A stretch of 64,000 bases of DNA from Mobula hypostoma (taxonomy: Eukaryota): the NCBI RefSeq assembly GCF_963921235.1, contig NC_086097.1:62002001-62066000 (forward strand), read 5' to 3'. Position 1 is the stretch's first letter. Every line of letters begins with the position of its first letter. The notes beneath the pieces are model-generated. The model made no database searches and was not told the origin of the DNA. It saw only the letters and a list, made by a program, of their open reading frames with translations. Positions 13,404 through 25,192 of the stretch are shown here, in pieces. The translations under genes were made by a program, and so were the position numbers.

Positions 13404-13602
13404 AACACACATTTTGGATCTCCCCCCCCCCCAACTTTCAAATCCCTTACTCACTCTTCCTTCAGTTAGTCCTGAAGAAGGGTCTTGGCCTGAAACGTCG
13501 ACTGCACCTCTTCCTAGAGATGCTGTCTGGCCTGTTGTGTTCACCAGCAACTTTTATGTGTATTGCTTGAATTTCCAGCATCTGCAGAATTCCTGTTGTT
13601 TG
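13404..13602 (+). mobile_element. Short Penelope 3'-end insertion
   Basis: Perfect 14-bp TSD aatagatatagagc (13390-13403 / 13603-13616). Same sequence family as the ends of 8609-9870. Confidence 0.85.
13467..13504 (+). ncRNA. Minimal type I hammerhead ribozyme (PLE-associated)
   Basis: tagtc CTGAAGA agggtcttggcct GAAAC GTC gactg. Stem I agtc/gact, CUGANGA and GAAA boxes, short stem II, palindromic ACGT stem III, GUC cleavage triplet. Confidence 0.8.
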
Positions 13603-13952
13603 AATAGATATAGAGCCTGCCATTTTAGACCAAAAAATATCCAAGGATGGAGTGAGATCATCGGTGCCTCTGTCCTTTATTGTGGAGTCAAATTGGAGTC
13701 CACAATAGCAGCAGTACTTTGTTATGAGACTGAAGCCACATTCAGCCCTTAGCTTATACACTTTTTTAGATTTCTGGGGGAACTCAGGATCTACCACAAA
13801 ACCAAACTTTTGCTCTGAATAGCCACCACCTGACCATCCAAAATTCCCAAGGCTGTGAAAGGAACTTAAACAAAGCAGTGTTACAGTCAGTTTCAATAGT
13901 AATCCATCTGCTACAGTTTGCCTGACAATCTCTTCTGTAAAGATGCTGTGGA

Positions 13953-14212
13953 GTGGTGGCACGGTAGTGTAGTGGTTAGCACAGCACATTACAACACCAG
14001 CGACCCATGTTTAATCTCTGTAAGGAGTTTGTATGTTCTCCCCGTGACTGTGTGGGTTTCCTCCAGGTGCTGTGGTTTCCTCCTACAGTCCAAAGACATA
14101 CTGGTTGGTCGTTGTAAATTGTCCCATGATTAGGCCAAGATTAAATTGGGGGATTGCTAGGCAGGGAACTTAAGGTGATGGAGGGGCCTGTACTGCTCTG
14201 TATGTCAATAAA
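13953..14212 (+). mobile_element. V-SINE (HE1-like)
   Basis: tRNA-like head ggcacggtagtgtagtggttagcac. V-domain ggagtttgtatgttctccccgtgactgtgtgggtttcctcc...cagtccaaagac. Ends caataaaa. Confidence 0.88.
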
Positions 14213-17200
14213 AGTTCTGAAAAATCTGCTCCTTCCATTCAGATTCTCCTAACTTCCATTTAAATAAAAAATATATTATATTGATTTTAAACAAGAAAAT
14301 GTATATTCTATGTTAAACATTGGTGTATCAAACCTATGATGCTCTGAAGAAAACCCAAACGAGATGGTTCATTAGCACCGCTGTGATATAGAGGCAAATC
14401 TACATGCTTTCTGGTCCCCTTTGTTTACATTCATTTAGCATATCATTTTAAAATTGAGGCATCTTCTTTCCACAGTAGGCCAAAGCAAAGCATAACTGTC
14501 ATTTCTGAAAAGCTAAAATAAAAATGGAAAATGCTGAAAGTACTCAACAGCTCAGGTAACATCTGTGTAATGAAAATCTGTTAACATTTCAGGTCAATTA
14601 CCTTTACCAAAACACTTAGAGATTTAGACTTTTTCAAACAAATTGTCTCAAAGTGAAGTTACGAAGAAGGAGAAGGAGATGTGGGCATGGAGAAAAACAA
14701 GGAGGTCTGTCTGGCACCAAGATTTTGAGCTCACCAATGAAGTTGGAATGGGTGCCAGAAACTGACCAGAATCTCATTGATTAGAAAATGGAACTGGAAG
14801 TAGTCAGGTTTCCAACAGACCTGAAATGGTAAATAAAACAAAAGCAACCATTTGGTTTGGTGTCGCCGTGAGCGCTGACAACAACTGGACCCAGGCGTGG
14901 AGGAACGCCAGATTCCCATGTAGAGATGGAAACAAAAGGTTATACGTCAGAATTCCAACAGAAAATGGGTGGCACAACCGAGTGACACTGCAAGACAAAT
15001 CATTCTCAACACAAGGACTCCGCGATGAGCACTAAACAGGAGTCCACAATAAGTAATCATAGCAGGTGGAAAGCCCATGCCAGTCACGATCAACTCAACA
15101 AGATTAAACAGGGGATTAACAACCTAAAACAACAATTCGCAAATACAGGTGCTTGAAAAACCTGGAAGCTCAATGCTCCATGGCATACCGCAAAGGCCTA
15201 CGGGGCTCATGACAGGAGTGCTGTCCTTACAAGTATGCTTATTCCTTTGAAGCATTATGAAACCAGTAAGTAACTAAAATGCCACAATTAGATACTAGTT
15301 CCATTCAACATGCAACTTTCTAGGTATCTAGTAGTTAATTTATGTGTTTTCTTTTTTTTACACTTTAGTTAGTTCCAGTAGCTTTCTCAACCAAGGTGAC
15401 AATCTCTGGTGTGTATACATTAACAGTCTTTGTTTGAGCAGTTACTTCATGGATTTGAAAATAAAATAAGGAATGGAACTAGAGGGATGATGAATTTTAT
15501 TTCATAAGGGATTCTTTGTTGCAGACAAGCAAACTTCTGAGAATATGCAGTCTTTCCAATTCATGTTAGTTGCAATGTGTAATGGAGCAGATATAACTCT
15601 GTGGATACAATCCATAACAACCCTCCCCTTTGGGAATCCTACCGCTCTGTAAAATCAGTGAGCCTGCTCATGCTACTGTCAATCGTCTACAGAAAGGGAG
15701 GTGAACTGTGATGTTCAGGCAAAAATTGACACCTCTTTGACTTGCTTCGCACATTGAATATTTCATATCAAACGTGCATCCTTGAGGTGACCTGCAGCAC
15801 GAAGGTTGTCTGCCAATGTGATTTTCTAACAGCTGTAAGCAACGAAGTTGGCTACAATCTGCCAGCAATATGAAGCGTAATGCTGCTTCTGTAAAGATTC
15901 TCATCTCTTGCGTTAGATTTTCCATAGTAGAGACACAGAATCCCTGAAAGGGATTTTATGCAACTTTTCCCTGGGAGCTGCAAGGATCTTGCAATGAAGA
16001 TGCAGCAATGGAGTGAGCACTTGAGCAAATTCTGCAGCTAACGCTGCACAGCTTTACATTGAAATGATCATTTACATTTCCAACATTTCATTTGGTGATG
16101 CTTGAGATTTTGCAACTGGCTCTTTTTGCCTTGGCTTTATTAAAATATATATAACAGTGCACTGCTCTGCCTTTCAGTAAGACAGTTACATTCCAAGACA
16201 TAAACTGAACCAAACAGCATTAACACTCGCAGGACCAATTTCAGCATGCAATGTTTGCTGATGGTTTAAGTGGCAAGTGAAGCAGATAACTGATCAGAAT
16301 ATGTGACCATACACTGGACAGGTTTGGTTGAAATAAAAATGTTCTCAATTACACGGAGAAGTTCTGCTTCCTCCTGCTCATGAATCAGTGAAGAGAGGCC
16401 TCAATTTAAAATGATGACCTTCACCATTGACTCGCTATCCACAGGAAGCAGCAATTCTCTATCTCCAATAAACAAAGGTTTGAAGAAATTTCTCTACGCT
16501 GAATTGTTGGAACATTCAATACATATGGATATATATAGGAGTGTATGAACAATGACAGAAAGAGGTCTATTAGCTCTTATAGGCTGTATCATACTGACAC
16601 TTACAATTTTAGATACATGATCTGCCTAATTTAGGAATCTCTTGGCAGAGTGAAGAACAGCTAAAAGCTCAATCTAGAAAGTTCTTTTTAAACTATTCAA
16701 AGAAAGGTAATAATTAACAAGTCAATACTTTGATAACATATTAGTTAATATTGCTCGAAGTGAAAGATGTGAGAAGAGACTGGATTAGTAAGATTCAGTT
16801 TGTCTTAATTTTTTCTGCACTGAATGGTTTCTTGTGCACAAACATCTTTAGTTCTCTTGATCATCTGTAACTATTTTTAATCAGTATTATTGGTCTGATG
16901 ATGTTTCCACCAGGCCTGAAAAGGAGTATCTCATTTTTTGCCAGTGAATTATAATTTATCATTAATTGATAAAACTGAGACACTTATTGGCATGAAGGTG
17001 CTTTGGGACATCATGACAGAAATGTGAAATAAGTTTTATAAGTGGAAGTTCTTTTACTTCTCGTGAAACTTTGAAACCTCATGATGGTGTAAAAGGCCAG
17101 ATTTCCCATGAAGTTTGGGTAATTGAATGGATTTATGGAAACAGTTGTAGTTCCAGGTAATTTGTGTTTGTATTCAGCTTTGAAAAATAGTCTCTACTTG

Positions 17201-17309
17201 TGAGCATGACCTTAGTTTTGAGAAAGATCAAATGATGATCCCAGTTTATTAAGAACGAATAAACACTTAGCAGCCACTTTATTTTTTTATGGATCATTAG
17301 GCTCTCTTC

Positions 17310-18930
17310 CAGGGAAAGTGGAAGCTGTACAGAAGGGATGATTTGCTGCTGAACTGGAGGGGGACTGATATCGCAGCAGGCAGGTTTGTTAATGCTGCGT
17401 GGCGGGGTTTAATCCAGAGTTGCAGGGGGATGTGAACAAGAGTGCTAGAATAGTTAGTTCAGAGATTGTGGAAGCAGATGTTGATAAAACCTCAGACAAA
17501 GTTAGGAATCAAAAGGTTGTGCATGGTGTGACAAAACCAAAAAGGGTGAATACAGGACTGAAGGTGCTGTATCTGAATGCATGTAGTATTATGAATAAAG
17601 GTAGATAAACTTGCAGCACAGTTGCATATTGGCAGGTACAATGTTGTAGGCATCATTGAATAATGGCTAAAAGATTATAACTAGGATCCTAATGTCCAGG
17701 GATACATATGGTATCAAAATGATAGGCAGGTAGGCAGAGGGGGTGACATTGCTCTGTTGGTAAAAAAAATGAAATCAAATCATCAGAAAGAGATGATATA
17801 GGGTCGAAAGGTGTTGAATCATTGTGGATAGAGCTAAGAAACTGCAGACCCCCAAACAGTAGTAAGGATGTTGCCTACAAATTACAATGGGATATAGGAA
17901 ATGCATGCCAAAAGGGCAATGTTATAATAGGCATGGGGGACTTCAATATGCAGGTAGATTGGCAAAATCAGGTTGATGCTGTATTCCAGGAAGGGCAATT
18001 TCTAGAGTGCCTCTGAGATGGCTTTTTAGTGCAGCTCATAGTTAAGCACATTGGAGGATCAGCTATTCTTGATTGAATGTTGTGTAATGAGCTAGAATTG
18101 ATTAGTGACCTTAAGGTAAAAGAACCCTTAGAGGGAAGTGATCATAATATGATCGAATTCACCCTAAAATTAGAGATGGAGAGGCTAAAGTCAGATGTAT
18201 CAGCATTACAGTGGAGTAAAGGGAATTACAGAGGCATGAGGGAGGAGCAGGCCAGAATTGATTGGAAAAGAACACTGGCAGGGATGATGGCAGAGCAGCA
18301 ATGACTGGAATTTCTGGAAGCAATTCAGAAGCCCAGGACATATACATCCCAAAGAGGAAGGAGTATTCTCAAGGAAAGGTGACATAACCATGGCTAACAG
18401 GAGAAATCAAAGCGAACATAAAAGCCAAAGAGAGGACATGTAATAGAGCAAAACACGTGGTAAGTTAGATAATTTGGAAGTTTTAAAAAACCAACAGAAT
18501 ATAACTCTAAAAGTCATTAAGAATGTAAAGATGTACTGCCAAAGTAAGCTAGCCAATAATACTGAAGAGTATAATAAAAGTTTCTTCAGATACATAACGT
18601 ATAAAAGAGAGGCAAGAGTGGATATTGGACCACTAGACAGCAATATGGTGGACAAACTGAATAAGTATTTTACATCCGTCCTCAGTGTGGAAGACACTAG
18701 CAGTATAGTGGGAAGTACTAGGCGTCAGGGCATGAATTGTGTGGTTACCATAACTAGAGAGAAGGTTATTAGGAAACTGTAAGGGCTGAAGGTAGATAGG
18801 TCACTTGGACCAATGGTGTACATGCCAGAGTTCTGAAAGAGAGGGCTGAAGATATCATGGAGGCATTAATAATGATCTTTCAAGAATCACAAGATTAGAC
18901 TAAATGGCCTACTTCTGCTCCTTTATCTGA
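17310..18930 (+). mobile_element. CR1 LINE, internally deleted (ORF1 end, APE, linker, then 3' tail)
   Basis: LKVLYLNACSI, MGDFNM, SDHNMIEF and LNKYFTSV motifs. Abrupt join to the 3' tail near 18895. Confidence 0.88.
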
Positions 18931-19448
18931 GGTACAAGGGTAGAACCCGCTGTGGTCTTCTGCTGCTGCAGCCCATCAACTTCATGGTTTGATGTGTTGT
19001 GCAGTCAGAGATGCTCTTCTGGTCACAACTGTTGAAATGCTTGGTTATTTAATTTACTGTTGTCTTCTTGTCAAATTGAGCCAGAGTGGCCATTTTCCAA
19101 TAATCTCTCTCATTCACCCGGCATTTTCAAGCACAGAACTGCCACTCACTAGATTTTTTCTCCTTTCTTTGCACCATTCTCTATAAACTCTGGAGATTGT
19201 TGAGCATGAAAATCCCAGGAGATCAAGTTTCTGAATTACTCAAACCACCCTATCTGGCAACAACAATCATTCCATGGTTCAAGTCACATAGATCACATTT
19301 CTTCCCCATTCTGATCTTTGGTCCGAACAACAATTGAACGACAACTGAATGCTTTTATGCATTCAGTTGCTGCCACATGATTGGCTGATTAGATATTTGC
19401 ATTAATGAGCAAGTGTAGAGATATACCTAATAGAATGGCCACTGAGTG
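18931..19448 (-). mobile_element. Tc1-like non-autonomous DNA transposon
   Basis: TIR cctaatagaatggccactgagtg followed by TA. Reverse complement of the copy at 39804. Confidence 0.85.
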
Positions 19449-19577
19449 TACATGACATTGAAACCTGAGCATCTAACTGACCAGAGTAGCTGAAGATGGT
19501 ATTATATTAACAGAAGTAGATTAAAATTTTGCTACACGTAGTAAGCTTGAAGATTTAAAAGACAATTCTGCACAAAT

Positions 19578-19732
19578 CTCTTACTAGCTCATCCTTCAGT
19601 TAGACCTGACAAAGGGTCTCGGCCCGAAACATCGACTGTACCTCTTCATAGAGATGCTACCTGGCCTGCTGCGTTCACCAGCAACTTTGATGTGTGTTGC
19701 TTGAATTTCCAGCATCTGCAGAATTCCTCATG
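19578..19732 (+). mobile_element. Short Penelope 3'-end insertion with mutated hammerhead (19601-19638)
   Basis: Near-identical to 13461-13600. Core reads CTGACAA. TSD tctgcacaaat/tctacacaaat. Confidence 0.82.
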
Positions 19733-19969
19733 TCTACACAAATATTTGGTCTCTATGATGTATACAGCTTTGGCTCTATACTTCAAGAAGAATATATTTA
19801 CAGTGGAGTTTGTATAGAGAAGGTTCTCTCAGTTGGTTCAGGGGCTGAAGGGACTGACTTGTTAAAAAAAATAAATGATAAAATTATGAGAATGGGTAGC
19901 ATTGAGGATTAAACTTTGCATGATTACAGAGCGTCTTTAATGAGGTTGAGGCTCATTAAAGAGGAATGA

Positions 19970-20335
19970 CCCTGCTTAGCAAGATAAAGCCTAAGGTATT
20001 ACAGGAAAGATACTAAATTGCGTAGAGCATTGGCTGATTGGCAGGAGGCAAAGAGTGAAAATAAAAGGAGCCTTTTCTGAGTGGCTGTCTCTGTGACTAT
20101 TGGTGATCTGCAGGAGTCGGTGTTGAGACCACTTTTTTCTATGATGCATGTCAGTGATTTGGATGATGGAATTGATGGCTTTGTAGCCAAGCTTTCAGAC
20201 AATACAAAGATAGGTGCAGGGGCAGGTAGTGTTGAGGAAGCAAGGAGGCTGTAGAAGAACTTAGACAGATTAGGAGAATGGGAAAAGAGTGGAAGTATAT
20301 AGTATCAGGAAGTGTATGGTCATGCACTTCTGCAG
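19970..20335 (+). mobile_element. CR1 RT fragment
   Basis: Decayed Q.SVL.P and KLSDNTK motifs, ending near VMHF. Confidence 0.75.
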
Positions 20336-20344
20336 AATGTATAA

Positions 20345-23300
20345 TTTCCCCTTGAGAAATCCGTGCTGACTTTGGGTTATTTTGTCATGTGCCTTCAAGT
20401 ATCCCAAAACTTTATCCTTAACAATTTACTCCAACATCTTCCAAACCACTGAGGTCAGGCTAATGAACCTATAATTTCCTTTCTTCTGCCTCCCTTTCTT
20501 TTTGAAGAGTGGATGGACATTTGTAATCTTTTTAGTCTTCCAGAATCATGCCAGAATCTAATGATTCTTGAAAGATCATTACTAACGCCTCTACAATCTC
20601 TACAGCAACCTCTTTCAGAACACTGGGGTGTAGTCCATCTTGTTCAGGTGACTTATCTACCTTCAGAGCCTTCAGTTTCCCAACACTTTCTCCCTAGTAA
20701 TAGCAACTGAACTCACTTTTGCATCCTGACATGTTTGAACATCCGGCATAATGCTAGTGTCTTCCAAGGTAAATAACGCTACAAAATACTTATTCAGCTC
20801 ATCTGCCATTACCTTGCCCCCCGTTACTACCTCCCTAGCGTCAACTTCCAGTACCAGTGGTCCAATATCTACTCTTGCCTTTTGTTTACTCTATATATCT
20901 GAAACATATTTTGGCATCCTCTTTGATATTACCTTCATATTTTATCTTTTCATTTCTCATAGCTTTCTTTTGCCTTCTGTTGGTTTTTAAAAGCTTCCCA
21001 ATCCTCTAACTTCCCATTAATTTTTGCTCTATCATATGATCTCTCTTTGCTTTTACATTGGCTTTGACTTCACTTGGCTGTGTCATCCTGCCTTTAAGAT
21101 ATTTCTTCTTCTTTTACCTTGCACCTTCCAATTTTCTCTCAGAAATCCCAGCCATTGCTGTTCTGCTGTCATCCTGCCAGTGTCTCCTTCCAATCAACTT
21201 TGGTCAGTCCCTCTCTCTCATCCTCCTCTATCATTCCCTTTCCTCCACTATAATACGGATACATCTGACTTTAGCTTCTCCCAAAATGCAGGATTCATTC
21301 TATCATATTATGATCACTGCCTTCTTAGGGTTTTTTAAAATCTAGTTCATTATACAACACCTGATCCAAAATAGCTGATCCTCTAGTGGGCTCAACAACA
21401 AGATGCTCCAAAAAGCCATCCCACAGGCATTCTACAAACTCTCTCTCTTTGGATCAAAAATCAGCACCAACCTGATTTTCTCAATCTGCCAGTGTATTGA
21501 AATCCCCCATCATTGTTGTTTTGCCCTTTTGACATGCATTTTCTATCTCCCGTTGTAACTTGTAGCCCACATCCTGGCTTCTTTTCGGAGGCCTGTATAT
21601 AACTCCCATCAGGGTCTTTTTATCCCTGCGGTTCTTTAACTCAACCCACAATTATTCTATTTCTTCCGATCCTATGTTATCTCGTTCTAAGGATTTGATT
21701 TCATTTCTTACCAACAGAGCAATGCCACCCCTCTGCCTACCTGCCTGTCCTTCCAACACAAGTTGTATCCAAATATGTTAAGCTACCAAATATAATCTTC
21801 TTCAGCCATAACTCAGTGATGCCCACGTCATACCTGCCAATCTCTAACTGCTCTAAAATATCATCTACCTTATTTTGTAAGCTGCGTGCATTCAAATATA
21901 ACACCTTCATCATTCTTTTTGATTTTGTCCCCCTGTTATACTGGAACTCATCCCACTGACTGCAATTTTGCTCTTTCATAAGCCTGTCCTTCCTGGTAGT
22001 CTCGATACACACTTCTGCTTGTATTCCAAATGCCCCATCCTCATTTCCATTACTCAGTTTCCCATTCCCATGCCAAATTCATTTAAACCCTCTCCAACAG
22101 CTCTAGCAAAACTGCCTACAAAGACTTTGGTCCCCCTCAGATTCAGGTGTAAACAGTCTCTTTTGTACAGGTTATAGCTTCCCCAGAAGAAAGTCAAATG
22201 ATACAAAAATTGAAACCCCTGCCCCCTGCACCAGTTCCTAGGCCATATATTCATCTGTCAAACCATCCTATTCTTACCCTCATTGATACATGGCAAAGGC
22301 AGCAATCGACAGATAACAACCCTGGATGTCCTGCTTTTCAGCTTTTTACAGCTCTTCATATCTGTCCTTGGTATCAATGTGTACCAAGACTTCTGGCTAC
22401 TCATCCTCCCCCTTTGGAATGCCATTTGACACAATCCAAGACGTCCTTGACCTTGGTACCTGTGACGTAACATACCATCCACTGATTCTATCACATCTAC
22501 AGATTCTCATATCTCCTCCTCTGACTGTGGAATCTCCGATCACTTCTACAGTCCTCTTCGCCCCACTTTCCTACTGAGCCACAACACCAGACTTTGTAGC
22601 AGAGACCTGATCACTGCAGCTTACCCTGGGTAGGACCACCCCCCCACCCCCCACAAAGTATCCAAAATGGTATACTTATTGTTCTGTGGAATACCCACAG
22701 GGATACTCTCCACTGGCTGCCCATTTCCTTTCCCTCTCCTGACAGTCAGACAATTACCTGCCTCCTGCAACTACTTACGGGTGTTATGTACCTTGTAACG
22801 GGTTAAAGAACCAGCAGAAATGGAACACACCTGGAGTTTGGTTTTGCCGTTTTCTAACACTATTTTTATTTGTAACTACTCAATACAGTAATATAAAACT
22901 AAATAAATCGAACAGGTTAGCAGAGTTTATGCATATATAGGTGTGGAAATATAAAACCCAAACAACTTCAAACTTAGGTGGTAATTGATACAGTCTTACG
23001 ATGGTATGTAAGCAAAGTCAGTCCAGTTCGTGATATTGAGTTGAGTTAGAACTGAGGAGAGAGAGAGGTGGCTTGTTGTCCAAGTAAGCTGATGCCGTCA
23101 ATTCTTCCCGTTGTACTCCAAAACTTCCAAGTTAGCCAAACTTGACCAGTTTAAGAATGCCGTCTTCAAGTGATAGTCTACCAACCCAGGCAAGGGCTAG
23201 ACACACTGGTAGACTCCACAGGGTCACTCTTTCACACACTAATAATCACAGATCGATTCCTCTTAATCAATCCTCAGTCCCACACTCGTGGTCACCTGAA

Positions 23301-23420
23301 AGTGTAGTGGTAATTTTGCCATACCTTAGTGCGTCTGCCTGTCCTTTACTTCTGGGTGTCCTTGTATATTCAAAACAAACTGCAGAGAAACCATAACATC
23401 AATTGCCCATTAAATAAATA

Positions 23421-23457
<37 letters not shown>

Positions 23458-23960
23458 CTCTCTCTCTCTCTTCTTCCCCATCCCCTCCCTCCCACCCCCC
23501 CAAACAGTGTCCAAAAGTCAGTCTCATTCTCCTGGTGTTTTAAAGTGACAGTCCACAGAAAATATGAACTCCAGGGGTACATAACAGGAGTGACTACCTC
23601 CTTGAGGTTCCTTATCTGTCACCTCCTCAGTTTTCTATATGAGCCAAGGGTTATCAAGCTGCAGCTCCAGATCCTTATCATGCTCTCTGAGGAGCTGCAG
23701 CTCAGTGCACTGGTGCAGATGCATTTATCCGGGAGGCTGGAGGTCTCCAAGAGATGCCACATCTCACACATAGAACTAAACACAGCCCAAGGAACCATCC
23801 TCACTTCGCTTATGGTGCCCTAGCAGAAGAGGAATGAAAATTAAAGAAGAAATTTTCCAGATACCTACCTCACCAAAGCCACTCCAACGCTAGTCCCCTC
23901 ACATAATGGCCACTCTAACTATAGCCACTCTGCTTGGCCCTGCCTTATTTTTATTTGCTT
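20345..23960 (-). mobile_element. CR1 LINE 5' part (ORF1, APE, RT start), interrupted by an LTR at 22782-23586
   Basis: Minus strand: ORF1 CEMW...CIC, esterase RVVICRLLPLP and DCLHLN, ORF2 KVLYLNARSL and VGITELWL. Ends at SQHGFLKG. Confidence 0.88.
22782..23586 (-). mobile_element. Solo LTR
   Basis: 11-bp terminal inverted repeat tgttatgtacc/ggtacataaca. Minus-strand AATAAA near 22865. Splits the CR1 cleanly. Degenerate 4-bp TSD. Contains (AATC)n at ~23420-23453. Confidence 0.8.
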
Positions 23961-24539
23961 TTGCTAATGCATCGTGATTTGATTTGGCTGCTGGAAAACG
24001 GTGAATGTCCGTGAATGCTCCTTTTTAAGTCTCTCTCATTGACCCCTGAGTAGCCTCCTCTCTCACTCCCACTTTGACGAGGCTGCTGGAAAATAACAGA
24101 GAACAATGAGGTATGAGATTGTATAGAACCCTCACCCTCACATTTATAACAAATGAGACCACCAAGGTCCCTGGGGAGACGTGTATTATTAGGACAGTCA
24201 GTCTGTTCTAGGCACAGCAATCAATTATAATAGAACAGCACATTCTATTAATTTAGCATGAGATCCTTAGGTCTTGGGTTTCAAGGGAAAGAGTGCTCAA
24301 CAAGGCTAATGATGTCAGAAGCATCTGATGATCTTCTGATTAACTCAGTGTTGACAAAAAAGTTGTCAGTCAATTGGATGAGGATATTTTAGGATGCTGT
24401 TCCATTTTTCTGATTGTGTATAAAAATGCCATACTTTGTGTACTAGAAATCGACTAAGTTCTCCCAAATACAAGAGCAAGATTAATGAAAAAACTGCATT
24501 TCTGCTTGACATGAAGCACTAGAACTCATATAAAAAAAG

Positions 24540-25192
24540 GCTGGTAAAGTTGGACCTATGTTCATTGGAGCATGGGAGAATCAGAGGTGATTTTATCGAA
24601 CTTCTGGGTGGGTTTCACAGGTTATAGAATTATCTAAAACTTTGGAAAACTTCAACAAACTTCTGTAGATGCACACTGCAGGGTATCTTAACCGATTGCA
24701 TCATGCCCTGGTGTGGAAACACTAATGTCCAGGAGTAGAAATGGCTGCAGAAAGTGATGTACACAGCCCACTTCATCTCATTTGATTACACTTACATGGC
24801 GCACTGCCAGAAGACAGCAACATCCATAATCAAAGACACCTACCTTCTAGACCATTCACACTTCTCACTACCACCATTGGGCAGGAGATATAGAATCCTT
24901 AGATCCTACACCACCAGGCGCAGGAACAGTTATTGCCCTAAAACCAATGGGCTGCTGAAATAGCATGGATAACTTCACTCTGAACTGTTTCTATGCCTTA
25001 CAGGTTCACTTACAAGAACTCTTTACAACTCAAGCTCTCCATATTATTTTTTTATTTGCACACGTTGTTTTCTTATGCTTAAGATAGAAATGAGAATGTA
25101 TATTTTGTCTCAAAGGGTTGAAAGCTCTATAAACAGAAAGCTGAAGATCCATTGAACATATTCAAGGCTGAGAAAAATGCACTTCTAACCTC
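24540..25192 (+). mobile_element. CR1 3' fragment with a Rex1 3' fragment (~24635-25075) inserted
   Basis: GDFIE motif. Rex1 ATSIIKD..L.HSHFSLPPLGRRYR motif. Confidence 0.7.

Noticed and set aside
15668..15925. 85-aa ATG-initiated minus-strand ORF in unique DNA
   Set aside because: No recognisable domain or splice context. Length is within chance expectation.
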